NCBI GenBank assembly: GCA_937867025.1
Contig: CALMKH010000049.1
Span: forward strand, 192-64,191
Reading direction: 5' to 3'
From: an uncultured Bacteroidota bacterium
GTDB lineage: Bacteria > Bacteroidota > Bacteroidia > NS11-12g > UBA955
Length of the DNA: 64,000 nt
Shown: positions 29,163 through 39,566 of the stretch, in pieces
How the letters are laid out: each line of letters opens with the position of its first letter
Numbering within the stretch: the stretch's first letter is position 1
The notes under the pieces: generated by a model
The model's input: the letters and a program-made list of their open reading frames with translations, nothing else
Told to the model about the DNA's origin: nothing
Database searches by the model: none
Position numbers and translations under genes: made by a program

Positions 29163-31199
29163 ATGGTATGGCTATATCCCTCCTTTCTGTGGGCGTTAAC
29201 GGCCCTGGCAATCCCTGTGGCCATACACCTTTTTAATTTCAGGAGATTCAAGAAGATCATTTTTTCGGATATCCGCTTCCTGAAACAGGTAACACAACAG
29301 ACAAAAAGCGGCAACCAGCTCAAGAAATTCCTTATTCTGATGTGCAGGATGCTGGCCTTTTCCTTCCTTGTATTTGCCTTTGCCCAACCGATGCTGCTCC
29401 GAAAGGACCAGACCCTTGAAAGCGGCAGAAAATCCATAAGTATCATTATCGATAACAGTTATAGCATGAACCTGACCGGTAGCGAGGGACAACTGCTCGA
29501 AGCCGCCAAGAACAGGGCCAGGGCCATTGTGAATGCTTCCGGCAATAATGATCGTTTTAACCTTGTTACATCCGACATGCATGCCCCGTTGCTTCATTTT
29601 GCCGGAAAACAGGCCACCCTGGAAAACATAGACAAGATCAAGGTCAGTTCAGCCAGCAAACAACTCGCCGACCTGCTGGAACTACAAAACCGCCTCCTGC
29701 AAGTTGCTGAAGGTCAAAAAATGGCTTTCTGCATTTCCGATTTCCAGAAGAATAATTCTGTCATTCGACGCAATCCGCTGGACACAGGCATCCGCCAGAC
29801 ATGGATCAAGATCCCAGAAGCGGGTCATGACAACCTGAGCATCGACACCTGTTTCCTGATCTCGCCGATTTTGCAACCAGGGCAAAACATTTCCCTGGTA
29901 ATCCAGGTCAGCAACTATACAGCCAATGACATAGAAGGCACTACACTTGAACTGGTTATCGACGGCAAACCTAAAGGCATCGCTTCCTATTCCATCAAAC
30001 CCTTCAGCAGTGAAAGGCAAACCATCAATTTCACCCTGGAAAATGGCGGCAACCATGCATGCGAACTACGGCTGGCTGGCGACAATATTGCCATTGACGA
30101 CCAATTGTTCTTTTCCCTCAATGTCACGGGGCATTATCATGTCACCAATATCAGCGACAAGGAAGAGCCCTATGTTGAGGCTGTGTTTTTTGACAATCCC
30201 GGTTACTCATACAGGAAAGAATTGTCGGGCAACGTAAATTTCAGCGAATTCAGGAATACCTCGCTTATCATCCTTCAGGGTGTCAGTAACCTTAATTCCG
30301 GCTTTGTGGGGGAACTCAGGAAATTTGCAAATAACGGCGGCACGATTGTGGCTTTCCCTGCAGCTAACATTCCATACGGCGGGCTTCAGCAAACGGCTTC
30401 CGCTTTTGGTTTCCAGCTTTCCGAACAGCCGCTTATCAATCCACTGAAAGTCAGCTCACTGGATCTTGAGCATCCGGTATTTAAACATATTTTCGTCAAG
30501 AACCCCAAAAACCCGGACCTACCTTCCGTTTCAAAATATTTTCATATACAGGCTTCTTCGGGGCAATCCCTTATGAGACTGGCGAACAACCACACATTCA
30601 TGAATGATATTCCCGTCGGAAAAGGACACCTGCTGATATGTGCCTCTCCCTTACTGCCGGAATACACCAATTTTCAGAACCATGCGCTATTTGTACCTGT
30701 ATTACTTAAATCGGCCATGTTATCCAACTACAGGAAGCAGTTGTATTTCGATTGTGGTCAGAACCAGCCGATTTATACCGGCCTCCCATATGAATCGGAA
30801 AGCGGGTTATACCTTGCCAAGGGGAAAAACACCTTTATACCCGAAGTTATTAACATGGATGGCGAGATGTTCATCAATACAAACGGGGAAATTCAGGAGC
30901 CGGGACATTACGAACTAAGGAACAGAAAATCCGATTCAACGCTTGTGAACCTTTCGTTCAATATCAACCGCAGTGAAAGCGACACGCGGACACTGTCGGA
31001 CGATGAACTGGAAAAGACAGCCTCCGATTTTCATATAGAGACTTTCGAAGGCAGTGCGGAAAAGCTCGCTTCAGAATTCACCAAACTGCAGAAAGGCACT
31101 CCATTGTGGAAATGGTGTATTATTTTTGTTTTGATTTTCCTGCTTATTGAAATACTTTTGATCCGGTTTTTTAGAACACATGCAAAGCTACCTGCTTAA
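29163..31199 (+). CDS. BatA-domain protein (N-terminal double-TM, aerotolerance-related)
   Basis: N-terminus LTALAIPVAIHLFNFRR...FAFAQPML matches the BatA N-terminal double-TM domain. A C-terminal TM is present. Confidence 0.75.
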   Translation: MVWLYPSFLWALTALAIPVAIHLFNFRRFKKIIFSDIRFLKQVTQQTKSGNQLKKFLILMCRMLAFSFLVFAFAQPMLLRKDQTLESGRKSISIIIDNSYSMNLTGSEGQLLEAAKNRARAIVNASGNNDRFNLVTSDMHAPLLHFAGKQATLENIDKIKVSSASKQLADLLELQNRLLQVAEGQKMAFCISDFQKNNSVIRRNPLDTGIRQTWIKIPEAGHDNLSIDTCFLISPILQPGQNISLVIQVSNYTANDIEGTTLELVIDGKPKGIASYSIKPFSSERQTINFTLENGGNHACELRLAGDNIAIDDQLFFSLNVTGHYHVTNISDKEEPYVEAVFFDNPGYSYRKELSGNVNFSEFRNTSLIILQGVSNLNSGFVGELRKFANNGGTIVAFPAANIPYGGLQQTASAFGFQLSEQPLINPLKVSSLDLEHPVFKHIFVKNPKNPDLPSVSKYFHIQASSGQSLMRLANNHTFMNDIPVGKGHLLICASPLLPEYTNFQNHALFVPVLLKSAMLSNYRKQLYFDCGQNQPIYTGLPYESESGLYLAKGKNTFIPEVINMDGEMFINTNGEIQEPGHYELRNRKSDSTLVNLSFNINRSESDTRTLSDDELEKTASDFHIETFEGSAEKLASEFTKLQKGTPLWKWCIIFVLIFLLIEILLIRFFRTHAKLPA

Positions 31200-32466
31200 A
31201 AATATCCAGATATATGATCCCGAGTCCCCGTTTAACGGGCAGACAGGTGATTTGGGAATTAAAGACGGCCAGATCACAGATTTTGGCGAAAAGGCAGACG
31301 AATCCGGATACGGCAAGATCATAGATTTTACTGGTTGTATTGTTACCCCGGCTTTTACGGATACGCGATGCAACAGCAGCGAGCCGGGTTATGAACACAG
31401 GGAAACCATACGATCCCTGAACCATGCGGCATTTGCGGGCGGATATTCCCATGTGGCTTTGCTTCCCAACTGCAATCCTCCGCGACAAACCAGGTCGGAC
31501 ATTGCATTTCTTATCAACCAGGTAAAGGATATGCCCGTCAAATTCCTGCCGATGGGCGCCATTACAAAAGACCTTAAAACGGATGAACTGGCTGAAATGT
31601 ATGATATGAAAAACCATGGCGCCGTTGCATTCTCAAATGCCAACAATCCGGTTGAGAATATCGGCACGATGAGCAGGGCACTTCAATATACCAGGAGCTT
31701 TGACGGGCTGATCTACAGTTTCTGTCACCAGCCTGAATTATCAAAAGGAGCCTATGTGGCAGAAGGAACCGTTGCTGTAAGCCTTGGGCTGAAAGGCATA
31801 CCGCAGATGGCGGAATACCTGCAGGTACAAAGGGATATTGAACTGGCAGACTATCACCAGTCGAGAATACATATTTCCAAAATAAGTACCGAACGCTCAG
31901 TGGAGCTTATAAGACAGGCCAAGCTACAGGGCATAAAGGTTACGTGTGACGTGGCTGTCATGAATCTCGTGCTCACCGATGAGACCCTTATGGATTTTGA
32001 CAGTAACCTCAAGCTCACGCCGCCGCTCAGGCAGGCCAATGATGTGAAGGCCCTGTGGGAGGGTCTTATGGATGGGACGATAGACGCCATTTGCAGCGAT
32101 CATCATCCCCAGGAAATAGAACATAAGGATGTGGAATTTGAATATGCCTCTTACGGGGCCATCAGCATTCAGATAGCATTCAGTCTTGCCGTTGAAGGCA
32201 GGAACAGGTTTTGTCCCGGTCTTGATGATTCCGTCCTTATTTCCAAATTCAACTCCGGACCGGCAAAAATACTCGGATTGACCAATTCAAAAACCAATAC
32301 GGGCGAACGTGCGGAATTCACTGTTATCAATCCGCATAAACAAACCATATTAAGCTCAAGGAATAACTTTTCCCTTTCGTATAACAGCTATTATATGGAA
32401 AAGCCTCTTCCATATTTTATAGAAGCAACTTTTATCGGTAAAAACTGTCTTTTGAATAAAAGCTGA
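31180..32466 (+). CDS. pyrC: Dihydroorotase (amidohydrolase, multifunctional-complex type)
   Basis: Amidohydrolase pattern with CSDHHP near the C-terminus. The start overlaps the upstream gene by 20 nt. Confidence 0.75.
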   Translation: MQSYLLKNIQIYDPESPFNGQTGDLGIKDGQITDFGEKADESGYGKIIDFTGCIVTPAFTDTRCNSSEPGYEHRETIRSLNHAAFAGGYSHVALLPNCNPPRQTRSDIAFLINQVKDMPVKFLPMGAITKDLKTDELAEMYDMKNHGAVAFSNANNPVENIGTMSRALQYTRSFDGLIYSFCHQPELSKGAYVAEGTVAVSLGLKGIPQMAEYLQVQRDIELADYHQSRIHISKISTERSVELIRQAKLQGIKVTCDVAVMNLVLTDETLMDFDSNLKLTPPLRQANDVKALWEGLMDGTIDAICSDHHPQEIEHKDVEFEYASYGAISIQIAFSLAVEGRNRFCPGLDDSVLISKFNSGPAKILGLTNSKTNTGERAEFTVINPHKQTILSSRNNFSLSYNSYYMEKPLPYFIEATFIGKNCLLNKS

Positions 32467-32499
32467 TACCAGGCAATCAATTAAAACTAAATTCGAACC

Positions 32500-33072
32500 A
32501 TGGATACAAATTCAATTTTAGATTCCGGGACAACCCCTAAAAAGTCGCCCGCCGGCACTGCAGTCAAATGGGCACTGGTCGGCACCTTGCTTGGCATTAT
32601 ACAAACCTTTGCCGGCATGTACCTGAATGACGGCAAGTATGACCCGCGGGGTGATGGCATTGGCAGCATGGCCATAGGCTTCATAATACTGTTCTTTGTC
32701 CTCTTTATGTCCATGAAGGAATTCAGGGATAAGGAACAAGGCGGTTACATTACCTACGGAAAAGCATTCCAGGCAGGGTTTATCACAAGTTTGTTCTGGA
32801 CGCTGTTCACCCTGGTCTTTATGGTTATCTTCTACAATTTTATCATCGATTTCGACACATACATGTCGGAACAAATGGATAAGGGTATCCAGGAGATGAA
32901 AAAACGCGGCATGTCTGATTCAGAAATACAGAATGCCATGTCAAAGACCCCTGCCTTTTTTTCCTCGCAAGGGTTTTCACTGGCCATCGTAGCGGTAGCA
33001 AGCATTATATTCCAAGTGGTAGCAACATTGATCACAGCCATCTTTGTCAAGAAAGACAGACCGCACAGCTAA
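32500..33072 (+). CDS. DUF4199 domain-containing membrane protein
   Basis: 190 aa, 4-5 TM, a typical DUF4199 layout preceding a GT2 gene. Confidence 0.7.
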   Translation: MDTNSILDSGTTPKKSPAGTAVKWALVGTLLGIIQTFAGMYLNDGKYDPRGDGIGSMAIGFIILFFVLFMSMKEFRDKEQGGYITYGKAFQAGFITSLFWTLFTLVFMVIFYNFIIDFDTYMSEQMDKGIQEMKKRGMSDSEIQNAMSKTPAFFSSQGFSLAIVAVASIIFQVVATLITAIFVKKDRPHS

Positions 33073-33085
33073 ATATTATTAAAAC

Positions 33086-34042
33086 ATGCCGGATATATCA
33101 ATAGTCATTCCCCTGCTCAATGAACATGAATCTCTTCCCGAACTGGAAGCATGGATTGTGCGGGTGATGGAGACCAATTCATTCAGTTATGAAATACTGT
33201 TCATTGATGACGGCAGTACGGATGGAAGCTGGGAACTGATCAAATCGCTCACTGAAAGAAACAGCCATGTGCGCGGCATCCGCTTCAGGCGCAATTACGG
33301 CAAATCGGCTGCCCTTAACATAGGTTTCAGCGAAGCGAAAGGCGATGTGGTGATCACCATGGATGCAGATCTGCAGGACAGCCCTGACGAGATACCCGAA
33401 CTGTTCCGTCACATCACGGAAGAAGGATACGACATCATTTCCGGCTGGAAGAAAAAACGTTATGATCCGGTCACCAAAACCATCCCCACAAAACTCTTTA
33501 ACTGGGCCACCAGGCGAATGAGCGGCATATATCTGCACGATTTCAACTGCGGATTAAAAGCCTACAGGAGTGAAGTGGTGAAAAATATTGAGGTCTATGG
33601 CGAAATGCACCGCTATATTCCCGTCATAGCGAAATCGGCTGGATTCAAGAAAATAGGCGAACAGGTAGTGGAACACCGGGCCAGAAAATACGGAACGACG
33701 AAATTCGGGCTTAACAGGTTCGTAAATGGTTTTCTCGATCTACTTACCATTTTCTTCATGGGTAAGTTCGGAAAAAAACCCATGCACTTTTTTGGCATTT
33801 ATGGCTTGCTCTGTTTTATCATAGGTTTCTTTATTGCCCTGTACCTGCTCATCAGCAAGATGATAAGCCTGATGAATCATGAAAAGGCTCCGCTGGTTGC
33901 CGACTCCCCATTGTTTTACCTCGGGCTTGTCTCCATGATCATCGGCACGCAGCTTTTTCTTGCAGGGTTCCTCGGAGAACTGATAAGCCGCAGCAGCGGT
34001 GAAAGAAATACGTACTCCGTAGCCGAAAAGATCAATCTCTGA
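33086..34042 (+). CDS. Glycosyltransferase family 2 (polyprenyl-phosphate sugar synthase-like) with C-terminal TM helices
   Basis: IVIPLLNE...DDGSTDGS and DADLQD motifs. Confidence 0.85.
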   Translation: MPDISIVIPLLNEHESLPELEAWIVRVMETNSFSYEILFIDDGSTDGSWELIKSLTERNSHVRGIRFRRNYGKSAALNIGFSEAKGDVVITMDADLQDSPDEIPELFRHITEEGYDIISGWKKKRYDPVTKTIPTKLFNWATRRMSGIYLHDFNCGLKAYRSEVVKNIEVYGEMHRYIPVIAKSAGFKKIGEQVVEHRARKYGTTKFGLNRFVNGFLDLLTIFFMGKFGKKPMHFFGIYGLLCFIIGFFIALYLLISKMISLMNHEKAPLVADSPLFYLGLVSMIIGTQLFLAGFLGELISRSSGERNTYSVAEKINL

Positions 34043-34060
34043 AACCTCCGTTAACCTGAG

Positions 34061-35218
34061 ATGAACGCACATAAACGACCATTGAGAATTGTTATAGTTG
34101 GTCCTGCATGGCCGTTGCGGGGGGGACTGAGCACCTATGATGAAAGACTTTGTAAAGCCTTTAACGATGCAGGCCATCATGCTTCGATACTGAGCTTCAA
34201 GCTTCAGTATCCTTCATTCCTGTTTCCCGGTAAAACACAATACAGCTCGGATCCTGCTCCGGAATCGCTTGAAATAGACACTGCGATTAATTCCGTCAAT
34301 CCCTTTAACTGGCTGATAGTGGGAGCCCGTTACAGGAAAATATCCCCTGATATCATGGTTTTCAGGTACTGGATGCCTTTTATGGCGCCCTCCCTAGGCA
34401 CCATAGCGCGCATGGCAGGAAAGAATAAACGAACGAGGCTTGTGGCCATAGCGGACAATATTTATCCGCACGAAAAACATTTCTATGACGGGATCTGCAC
34501 AAATTATTTTGTAAACAGCATGCATGGATTTATTACCATGAGCAAATCCGTTCTGGAAGATCTCAAAAAGCTTGCTTCCGCAAAGCCCTCCAGGTATGTT
34601 CCGCATCCCATGTACGACAATTTTGGGGAAGTAATTGACAAGAATACCGCCAAACGCATGCTGGGGCTTGATGAAGAATACTCCTACCTTTTATTCTTCG
34701 GGTTTATAAGGGCTTACAAGGGGCTCGACCTGCTGCTCAAATCGTTTGCTGCAAGCGGTTTGAAAGACCGGAAAGTGAAGCTCGTCATCGCAGGTGAATA
34801 TTATGAAGATTCAGGTCCCTACAAACAACTTATTGCGGACCTGCACCTGAAGGATGCGGTGATTGAACGCAATGATTTTATACCCAACCCGGATGTAGCC
34901 AAATATTTTTCAGCCTGCGACATGGTGGTTCAAACCTATCATTCGGCCACGCAGAGCGGAGTTACCCAGATAGCCTATCATTTCAACAAACCCATGCTTG
35001 TAACCGATGTGGGAGGGCTTGCCGAAACAGTGCCGCATGGAGAAGTTGGTTATGTAACCCCGAAAGATGAAGCAGCTATTGCAGAAGCGTTGAAGGATTT
35101 TTATGCCAACCGGAAAGAAGACATTTTTTCCCGTAATGCGAATGAATTCAAAAAGAAATTCAGTTGGGACAACATCATGCAGGGAATTATTGAAACGAGC
35201 AGCAGAATTGAGAATTGA
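34061..35218 (+). CDS. Glycosyltransferase family 4 (GT-B, group 1)
   Basis: GT4 C-terminal pattern (VGGLAETVPHGEVGY). Confidence 0.8.
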   Translation: MNAHKRPLRIVIVGPAWPLRGGLSTYDERLCKAFNDAGHHASILSFKLQYPSFLFPGKTQYSSDPAPESLEIDTAINSVNPFNWLIVGARYRKISPDIMVFRYWMPFMAPSLGTIARMAGKNKRTRLVAIADNIYPHEKHFYDGICTNYFVNSMHGFITMSKSVLEDLKKLASAKPSRYVPHPMYDNFGEVIDKNTAKRMLGLDEEYSYLLFFGFIRAYKGLDLLLKSFAASGLKDRKVKLVIAGEYYEDSGPYKQLIADLHLKDAVIERNDFIPNPDVAKYFSACDMVVQTYHSATQSGVTQIAYHFNKPMLVTDVGGLAETVPHGEVGYVTPKDEAAIAEALKDFYANRKEDIFSRNANEFKKKFSWDNIMQGIIETSSRIEN

Positions 35219-35260
35219 TAATGGAAGCATAGACCCGGCCCTGCCATTCCCCCAATTCTA

Positions 35261-36343
35261 TTATTTCTGCACCTTTCTATACAGGTAATACGCAACACCC
35301 GCAAAAATAAAATTGGGTATCCAAACAGCTATCATCGGAGGTAAAAGTCCGGTGGCGCCGTATGTATTGAAGAATTGTATGACAAACAGATAGATAAAGC
35401 TCAGGAATATGCCTATGCCGAGATTCAAACCAACGCCTCCCCTGCTTTTTTTGCTGGAGACACAGACACCGATGACCGTGAGAATAAATGTTGAGAACGG
35501 CGAAGCATAACGCCTGTACTTCTCGGTGATATAAAAATCGAGGTTTTCGGTACCCTTTATCTTTTCTTTCTCTATAAAATCGTTCAGTTCATTGATATCG
35601 AACGACTGCACATCATCGCTATGCCTGAAAAAATCAGCGGGCACGAACGGTATCATCGTATCCAGGAATTTTCCGCGGGTCAAAACATTTTCACCGGAGT
35701 CCTTGTAGTCACGTATCACGTAATCTTCCAGTCTCCACTTATTCGCCTTCCTGTTCCATGAGATCCTCTTGCCGTATAATTTGCTTTTCAGTTTTTTCCC
35801 CTCATATTGTTCCAGCGAAACTCCTCCGCCCATGCTGTCGCCATGCCCGAAATATTCCATATAGAACAATATGCCCGGCTTTAACTGCGTATGCACATTA
35901 TTGGTATAGTCGTCATTGGTGTTCCTGATATATTTATTTTCAAACTGCAGCCTGATCTTGTCGGAATGCGGTATGATGTAACCATTCAGAAAAAAAGAGA
36001 GAACAGCAAGCAACAGGGCTGTAAAAAGGTATGGCCTTAAAAAGCGGTTATAACTAACACCGGCGGCAAGTGTGGCTACAATCTCGCTTCTTGAGGCAAG
36101 CTTGGAAGTAAAGAAGATGACCGCTATAAAAATAAATACGGGACTGAACAGGTTCAGGAAGAAAGGAACGTAATTCAGGTAGTATTTAAAAATGATCTCT
36201 GAAACCGGAGCGTCCTTTTTCAGGAAATCATCCAGTTTTTCGGAAATGTCGAATACGATAATGATGATAATGAAGAGGCTTAACGTAACAGCAAACGTGG
36301 TAATAAATTTACGGATAATATACCAGTCGAACTTCTTTAACAT
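35261..36343 (-). CDS. LptF/LptG family LPS export permease
   Basis: YjgP/YjgQ-like N-terminus MLKKFDWYIIRKFITTF and multi-TM. Confidence 0.8.
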   Translation of the reverse strand: MLKKFDWYIIRKFITTFAVTLSLFIIIIIVFDISEKLDDFLKKDAPVSEIIFKYYLNYVPFFLNLFSPVFIFIAVIFFTSKLASRSEIVATLAAGVSYNRFLRPYLFTALLLAVLSFFLNGYIIPHSDKIRLQFENKYIRNTNDDYTNNVHTQLKPGILFYMEYFGHGDSMGGGVSLEQYEGKKLKSKLYGKRISWNRKANKWRLEDYVIRDYKDSGENVLTRGKFLDTMIPFVPADFFRHSDDVQSFDINELNDFIEKEKIKGTENLDFYITEKYRRYASPFSTFILTVIGVCVSSKKSRGGVGLNLGIGIFLSFIYLFVIQFFNTYGATGLLPPMIAVWIPNFIFAGVAYYLYRKVQK

Positions 36344-36350
36344 CCTGAAT

Positions 36351-37469
36351 TTACAATCTTTGTTTCAATTTCTGTACCATAATGGCCTTCCACGAGGTAA
36401 ATGTGCCTTCCTGTATCCTTTTCCTGGCCTCGGAAACCAGCCAGAGATAAAACCCCAGGTTATGAAGGCTTGCCAATTGCGGACCTAGCATCTCACCGGC
36501 CATGAACAGATGCCTTAGGTATGCCTTTGAGTATTGCGGCAAATGGAGTTCATCGAACGGTGAAAAATCGTTTTCCCACTTCTTGTTCTTTATATTGATG
36601 ATGCCTTCCGCGGTGAACAACATACCGTTCCTGCCATTGCGGGTCGGCATGACACAATCGAACATGTCCACACCGAGTGCTATACATTCCAGTATATTTT
36701 CGGGAGTGCCCACGCCCATCAGGTAACGGGGCTTGTCTTTGGGCAAAATATCGCATACCGCTTCCGTCAATTCATACATAACGTCGTGGGGCTCGCCAAC
36801 GCTCAAACCGCCTATGGCATTGCCCAAACAGTCTTTAGAAGCGATATATTCAGCGCTTTTTACCCTCAGATCGCGGTATGTGCTTCCCTGAAGGATAGGG
36901 AAAAGCGCCTGTGAATAACCGTAAAGTCCTTCTGTTTCACTGAATCTCCGGATGCACCTGTCGAGCCACCTGTGAGTGAGTTTCATGCTGTTTTCAGCAT
37001 ATTGGTACGTCGAAGGATATGGAGGGCATTCATCAAAAGCCATGATAATATCTGCTCCTATCACCCTTTGGATGTCCATCACATTTTCAGGGGTGAACAT
37101 GTGACGGCTGCCGTCGATATGCGACTGGAACCTGGCACCTTCTTCTGTTAATTTCCTTCGTTCGGCCAGGGAGTAAACCTGATAACCGCCGCTATCCGTA
37201 AGGATAGGCTTATCCCATCCGATAAACTTATGCAATCCGCCGGCCTGTTTCAGTATGTCTGTCCCTGGTCTGAGGTACAGGTGATAGGTATTGCCAAGGA
37301 TTATCTGGGCTTTGATCGTATCGAGCAACTGCTGCTGATTGATGGCTTTCACGCTGCCGATGGTTCCCACTGGCATGAAGATGGGCGTCTGTATCGCTCC
37401 ATGATCGGTAATGATCTCCCCTGCCCTAGCCTTGCCTGAGGGGTCGGTATGTTGAAGGTTGAAGATCAA
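36351..37469 (-). CDS. tgt: tRNA-guanosine(34) transglycosylase
   Basis: TPIFMPVGT and the Zn site C..C..C..H. Confidence 0.9.
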   Translation of the reverse strand: MIFNLQHTDPSGKARAGEIITDHGAIQTPIFMPVGTIGSVKAINQQQLLDTIKAQIILGNTYHLYLRPGTDILKQAGGLHKFIGWDKPILTDSGGYQVYSLAERRKLTEEGARFQSHIDGSRHMFTPENVMDIQRVIGADIIMAFDECPPYPSTYQYAENSMKLTHRWLDRCIRRFSETEGLYGYSQALFPILQGSTYRDLRVKSAEYIASKDCLGNAIGGLSVGEPHDVMYELTEAVCDILPKDKPRYLMGVGTPENILECIALGVDMFDCVMPTRNGRNGMLFTAEGIINIKNKKWENDFSPFDELHLPQYSKAYLRHLFMAGEMLGPQLASLHNLGFYLWLVSEARKRIQEGTFTSWKAIMVQKLKQRL

Positions 37470-38161
37470 TTGTGGAAGTGGAATGAAATTTGGAAAAGCC
37501 TGGCTTGTATCCGGCTAAACGAACTCGCATAGATATATGGATCCGGGCTGAGAATATTTCCCAGGCTGTTGCTCATTTTAATTTCTGTGGAAATAAGGGA
37601 CCATATGCCGAAATGATCATACCCGAAGCCGTATTCATAATAAAATGAATTGGCTTTAAAGGCTACAAGCGGTCTGTTCGGCGTCCTGATGGTCGATTCA
37701 TTGCTTTGGAAATCGTGGCTGTACCGCAAACCGCCAATCACATAGAAACGGTGGTTTTTATGCCTGATGGAATGGTGTTTGAGCAAAAGGCATTGATTCA
37801 GCGATACGGATTCTGTTTTTGCCGTTTGTTCCCGGTCGGCGAACCTGAATGTAAAATTTCTCTGGGAAAATTCAAGCTGCGCGAGATAACGCGTCGTCCA
37901 CAGCCTGCCAATCCTGTAATCGATTATACCTCCGAAACAGAGTCCGGCAAAGCCCTGGGTCGTAATGCTTTTGACCGAATCGCGCGAATAAAAGTCGTTG
38001 GCCAGTATAACTTTGGCTTTTGCGTAGTTCGGGACCAGCGATATGCCGAAATGCCATTTTTCAAGATCGTAATTCGGCCTGTGCTCCTGCGCCTGCAAGG
38101 CACTGCAAGCCATCATAATCAGGCAAACAACACTTATTTTACACCTGTGTAAATACTGCAT
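37466..38161 (-). CDS. Hypothetical outer-membrane beta-barrel-like protein
   Basis: Signal peptide, an alternating hydrophobic pattern and a C-terminal aromatic residue. Confidence 0.55.
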   Translation of the reverse strand: MQYLHRCKISVVCLIMMACSALQAQEHRPNYDLEKWHFGISLVPNYAKAKVILANDFYSRDSVKSITTQGFAGLCFGGIIDYRIGRLWTTRYLAQLEFSQRNFTFRFADREQTAKTESVSLNQCLLLKHHSIRHKNHRFYVIGGLRYSHDFQSNESTIRTPNRPLVAFKANSFYYEYGFGYDHFGIWSLISTEIKMSNSLGNILSPDPYIYASSFSRIQARLFQISFHFHN

Positions 38162-38901
38162 ATACCAAAAGTTAAAGCCCTGGAGGTAGTATGTTTGAAA
38201 CCTATATCTTTCAAATGTTTGATAAACGCTTCACCATCAGGAAAATGTTTTACAGATTCAGGAAGATAGGTATACGCAGATCGGTTTTTTGAGATATAAC
38301 GGCCCCAGAACGGTAATATTGTATTAAAATAAAAATTATAGAGCTGTCTGACAGGAAATATTCTGGGCTTGCTGAATTCCAGCACCACAAATTTGGCGCC
38401 GGGCTTAAGCACCCTGTATATCTCGCTCAGGCCCTTATCAAGATTCTCGAAATTCCTCACTCCGAACCCCACTGTACAGGCATCGAATGTATTATCGGCA
38501 AAACTGAGTGCCTCGCTGTCGCCCTTATACAGTTCTATCACACCGGATTTACCGGCTGCATGTATCTTTTTCCTGCCTACTTCCAGCATGCCCTCGCTGA
38601 GATCAATCCCTATTACTTTATCCGGCTTCAGGCTAAGGGCTTCAAATGCGAGATCCCCGGTGCCTGTGGCCATGTCCAGAATCAGTGCCGGCCTGAGATC
38701 TTTCAATTCGCTGATGGCTTTCTTTCTCCAGCTCCTGTCGATGCCCATGGAAAGAAAATGGTTCAGAAAATCATACCTCCCGGATATGCTGTCAAACATC
38801 TCTTCCACCTGCTGTTTCTTGCTTGCGCCAGACGTTTGTATTGGTTTGATAGTTGTCAATGGATAAATTAAACTTATTTTTGCCGGTAAAACCGTTTGCA
38901 A
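38134..38901 (-). CDS. ubiE: Demethylmenaquinone / ubiquinone C-methyltransferase
   Basis: KKQQVEEMFDSISGRYDFLNHFLS and the SAM motif LDMATGTGD. Confidence 0.85.
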   Translation of the reverse strand: MQTVLPAKISLIYPLTTIKPIQTSGASKKQQVEEMFDSISGRYDFLNHFLSMGIDRSWRKKAISELKDLRPALILDMATGTGDLAFEALSLKPDKVIGIDLSEGMLEVGRKKIHAAGKSGVIELYKGDSEALSFADNTFDACTVGFGVRNFENLDKGLSEIYRVLKPGAKFVVLEFSKPRIFPVRQLYNFYFNTILPFWGRYISKNRSAYTYLPESVKHFPDGEAFIKHLKDIGFKHTTSRALTFGICSIYTGVK

Positions 38902-38935
38902 AGATAAGCACTAATTCATATTTAAACACCAGAAA

Positions 38936-39520
38936 ATGAGAGCAGAATTTAAAGGTTCGTATCCATCCATCAAAGTATTGCCGAAGGGTGATTTGCCTGA
39001 ATTTGCATTCATCGGCAGGAGCAATGTAGGGAAAAGCTCGCTTATCAATATGCTGTGCAATCAGAAAGACCTGGCGAAAACGTCATCCAAACCCGGTAAA
39101 ACCCAGCATATCGTGCGTTTCCTTGTCGATGGGAAATGGTACCTGGTGGATTTGCCGGGATATGGATATGCCAAGGTTTCTAAGGAATCGAGAACCCTGT
39201 TCGGAGCCCTGATACAGGATTACCTGCTGGAAAGGAATAACATGTATTGTGTATTCGTGCTGATTGACAGCCGTCTCGAACCTCAGAAAATCGATCTCGA
39301 ATTTATGGAATGGCTGGGCGAATCGCAGATCCCGTTCTGCATTGCTTTTACAAAAACCGACAAACTGAAAGCATCCGAGGCTGAAAGAAACATTGAACAA
39401 TACAAGAACAAACTGCTGGAAACATGGGTGGAACTGCCGGGGATATTCGTCACATCGGCAACCGAAAAGAGCGGCCGTGAAGAGATCCTTGAGTTTATCG
39501 AGAAGGTAAGGAAAAGCTGA
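38936..39520 (+). CDS. engB: Ribosome biogenesis GTPase YihA/YsxC
   Basis: GRSNVGKSSLIN P-loop and DLPGYGYA. Confidence 0.85.
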   Translation: MRAEFKGSYPSIKVLPKGDLPEFAFIGRSNVGKSSLINMLCNQKDLAKTSSKPGKTQHIVRFLVDGKWYLVDLPGYGYAKVSKESRTLFGALIQDYLLERNNMYCVFVLIDSRLEPQKIDLEFMEWLGESQIPFCIAFTKTDKLKASEAERNIEQYKNKLLETWVELPGIFVTSATEKSGREEILEFIEKVRKS

Positions 39521-39566
39521 ACCGGCCGGCTTTTGTTTAGGCTGCATAAAAAATTCCGTTTATTAT

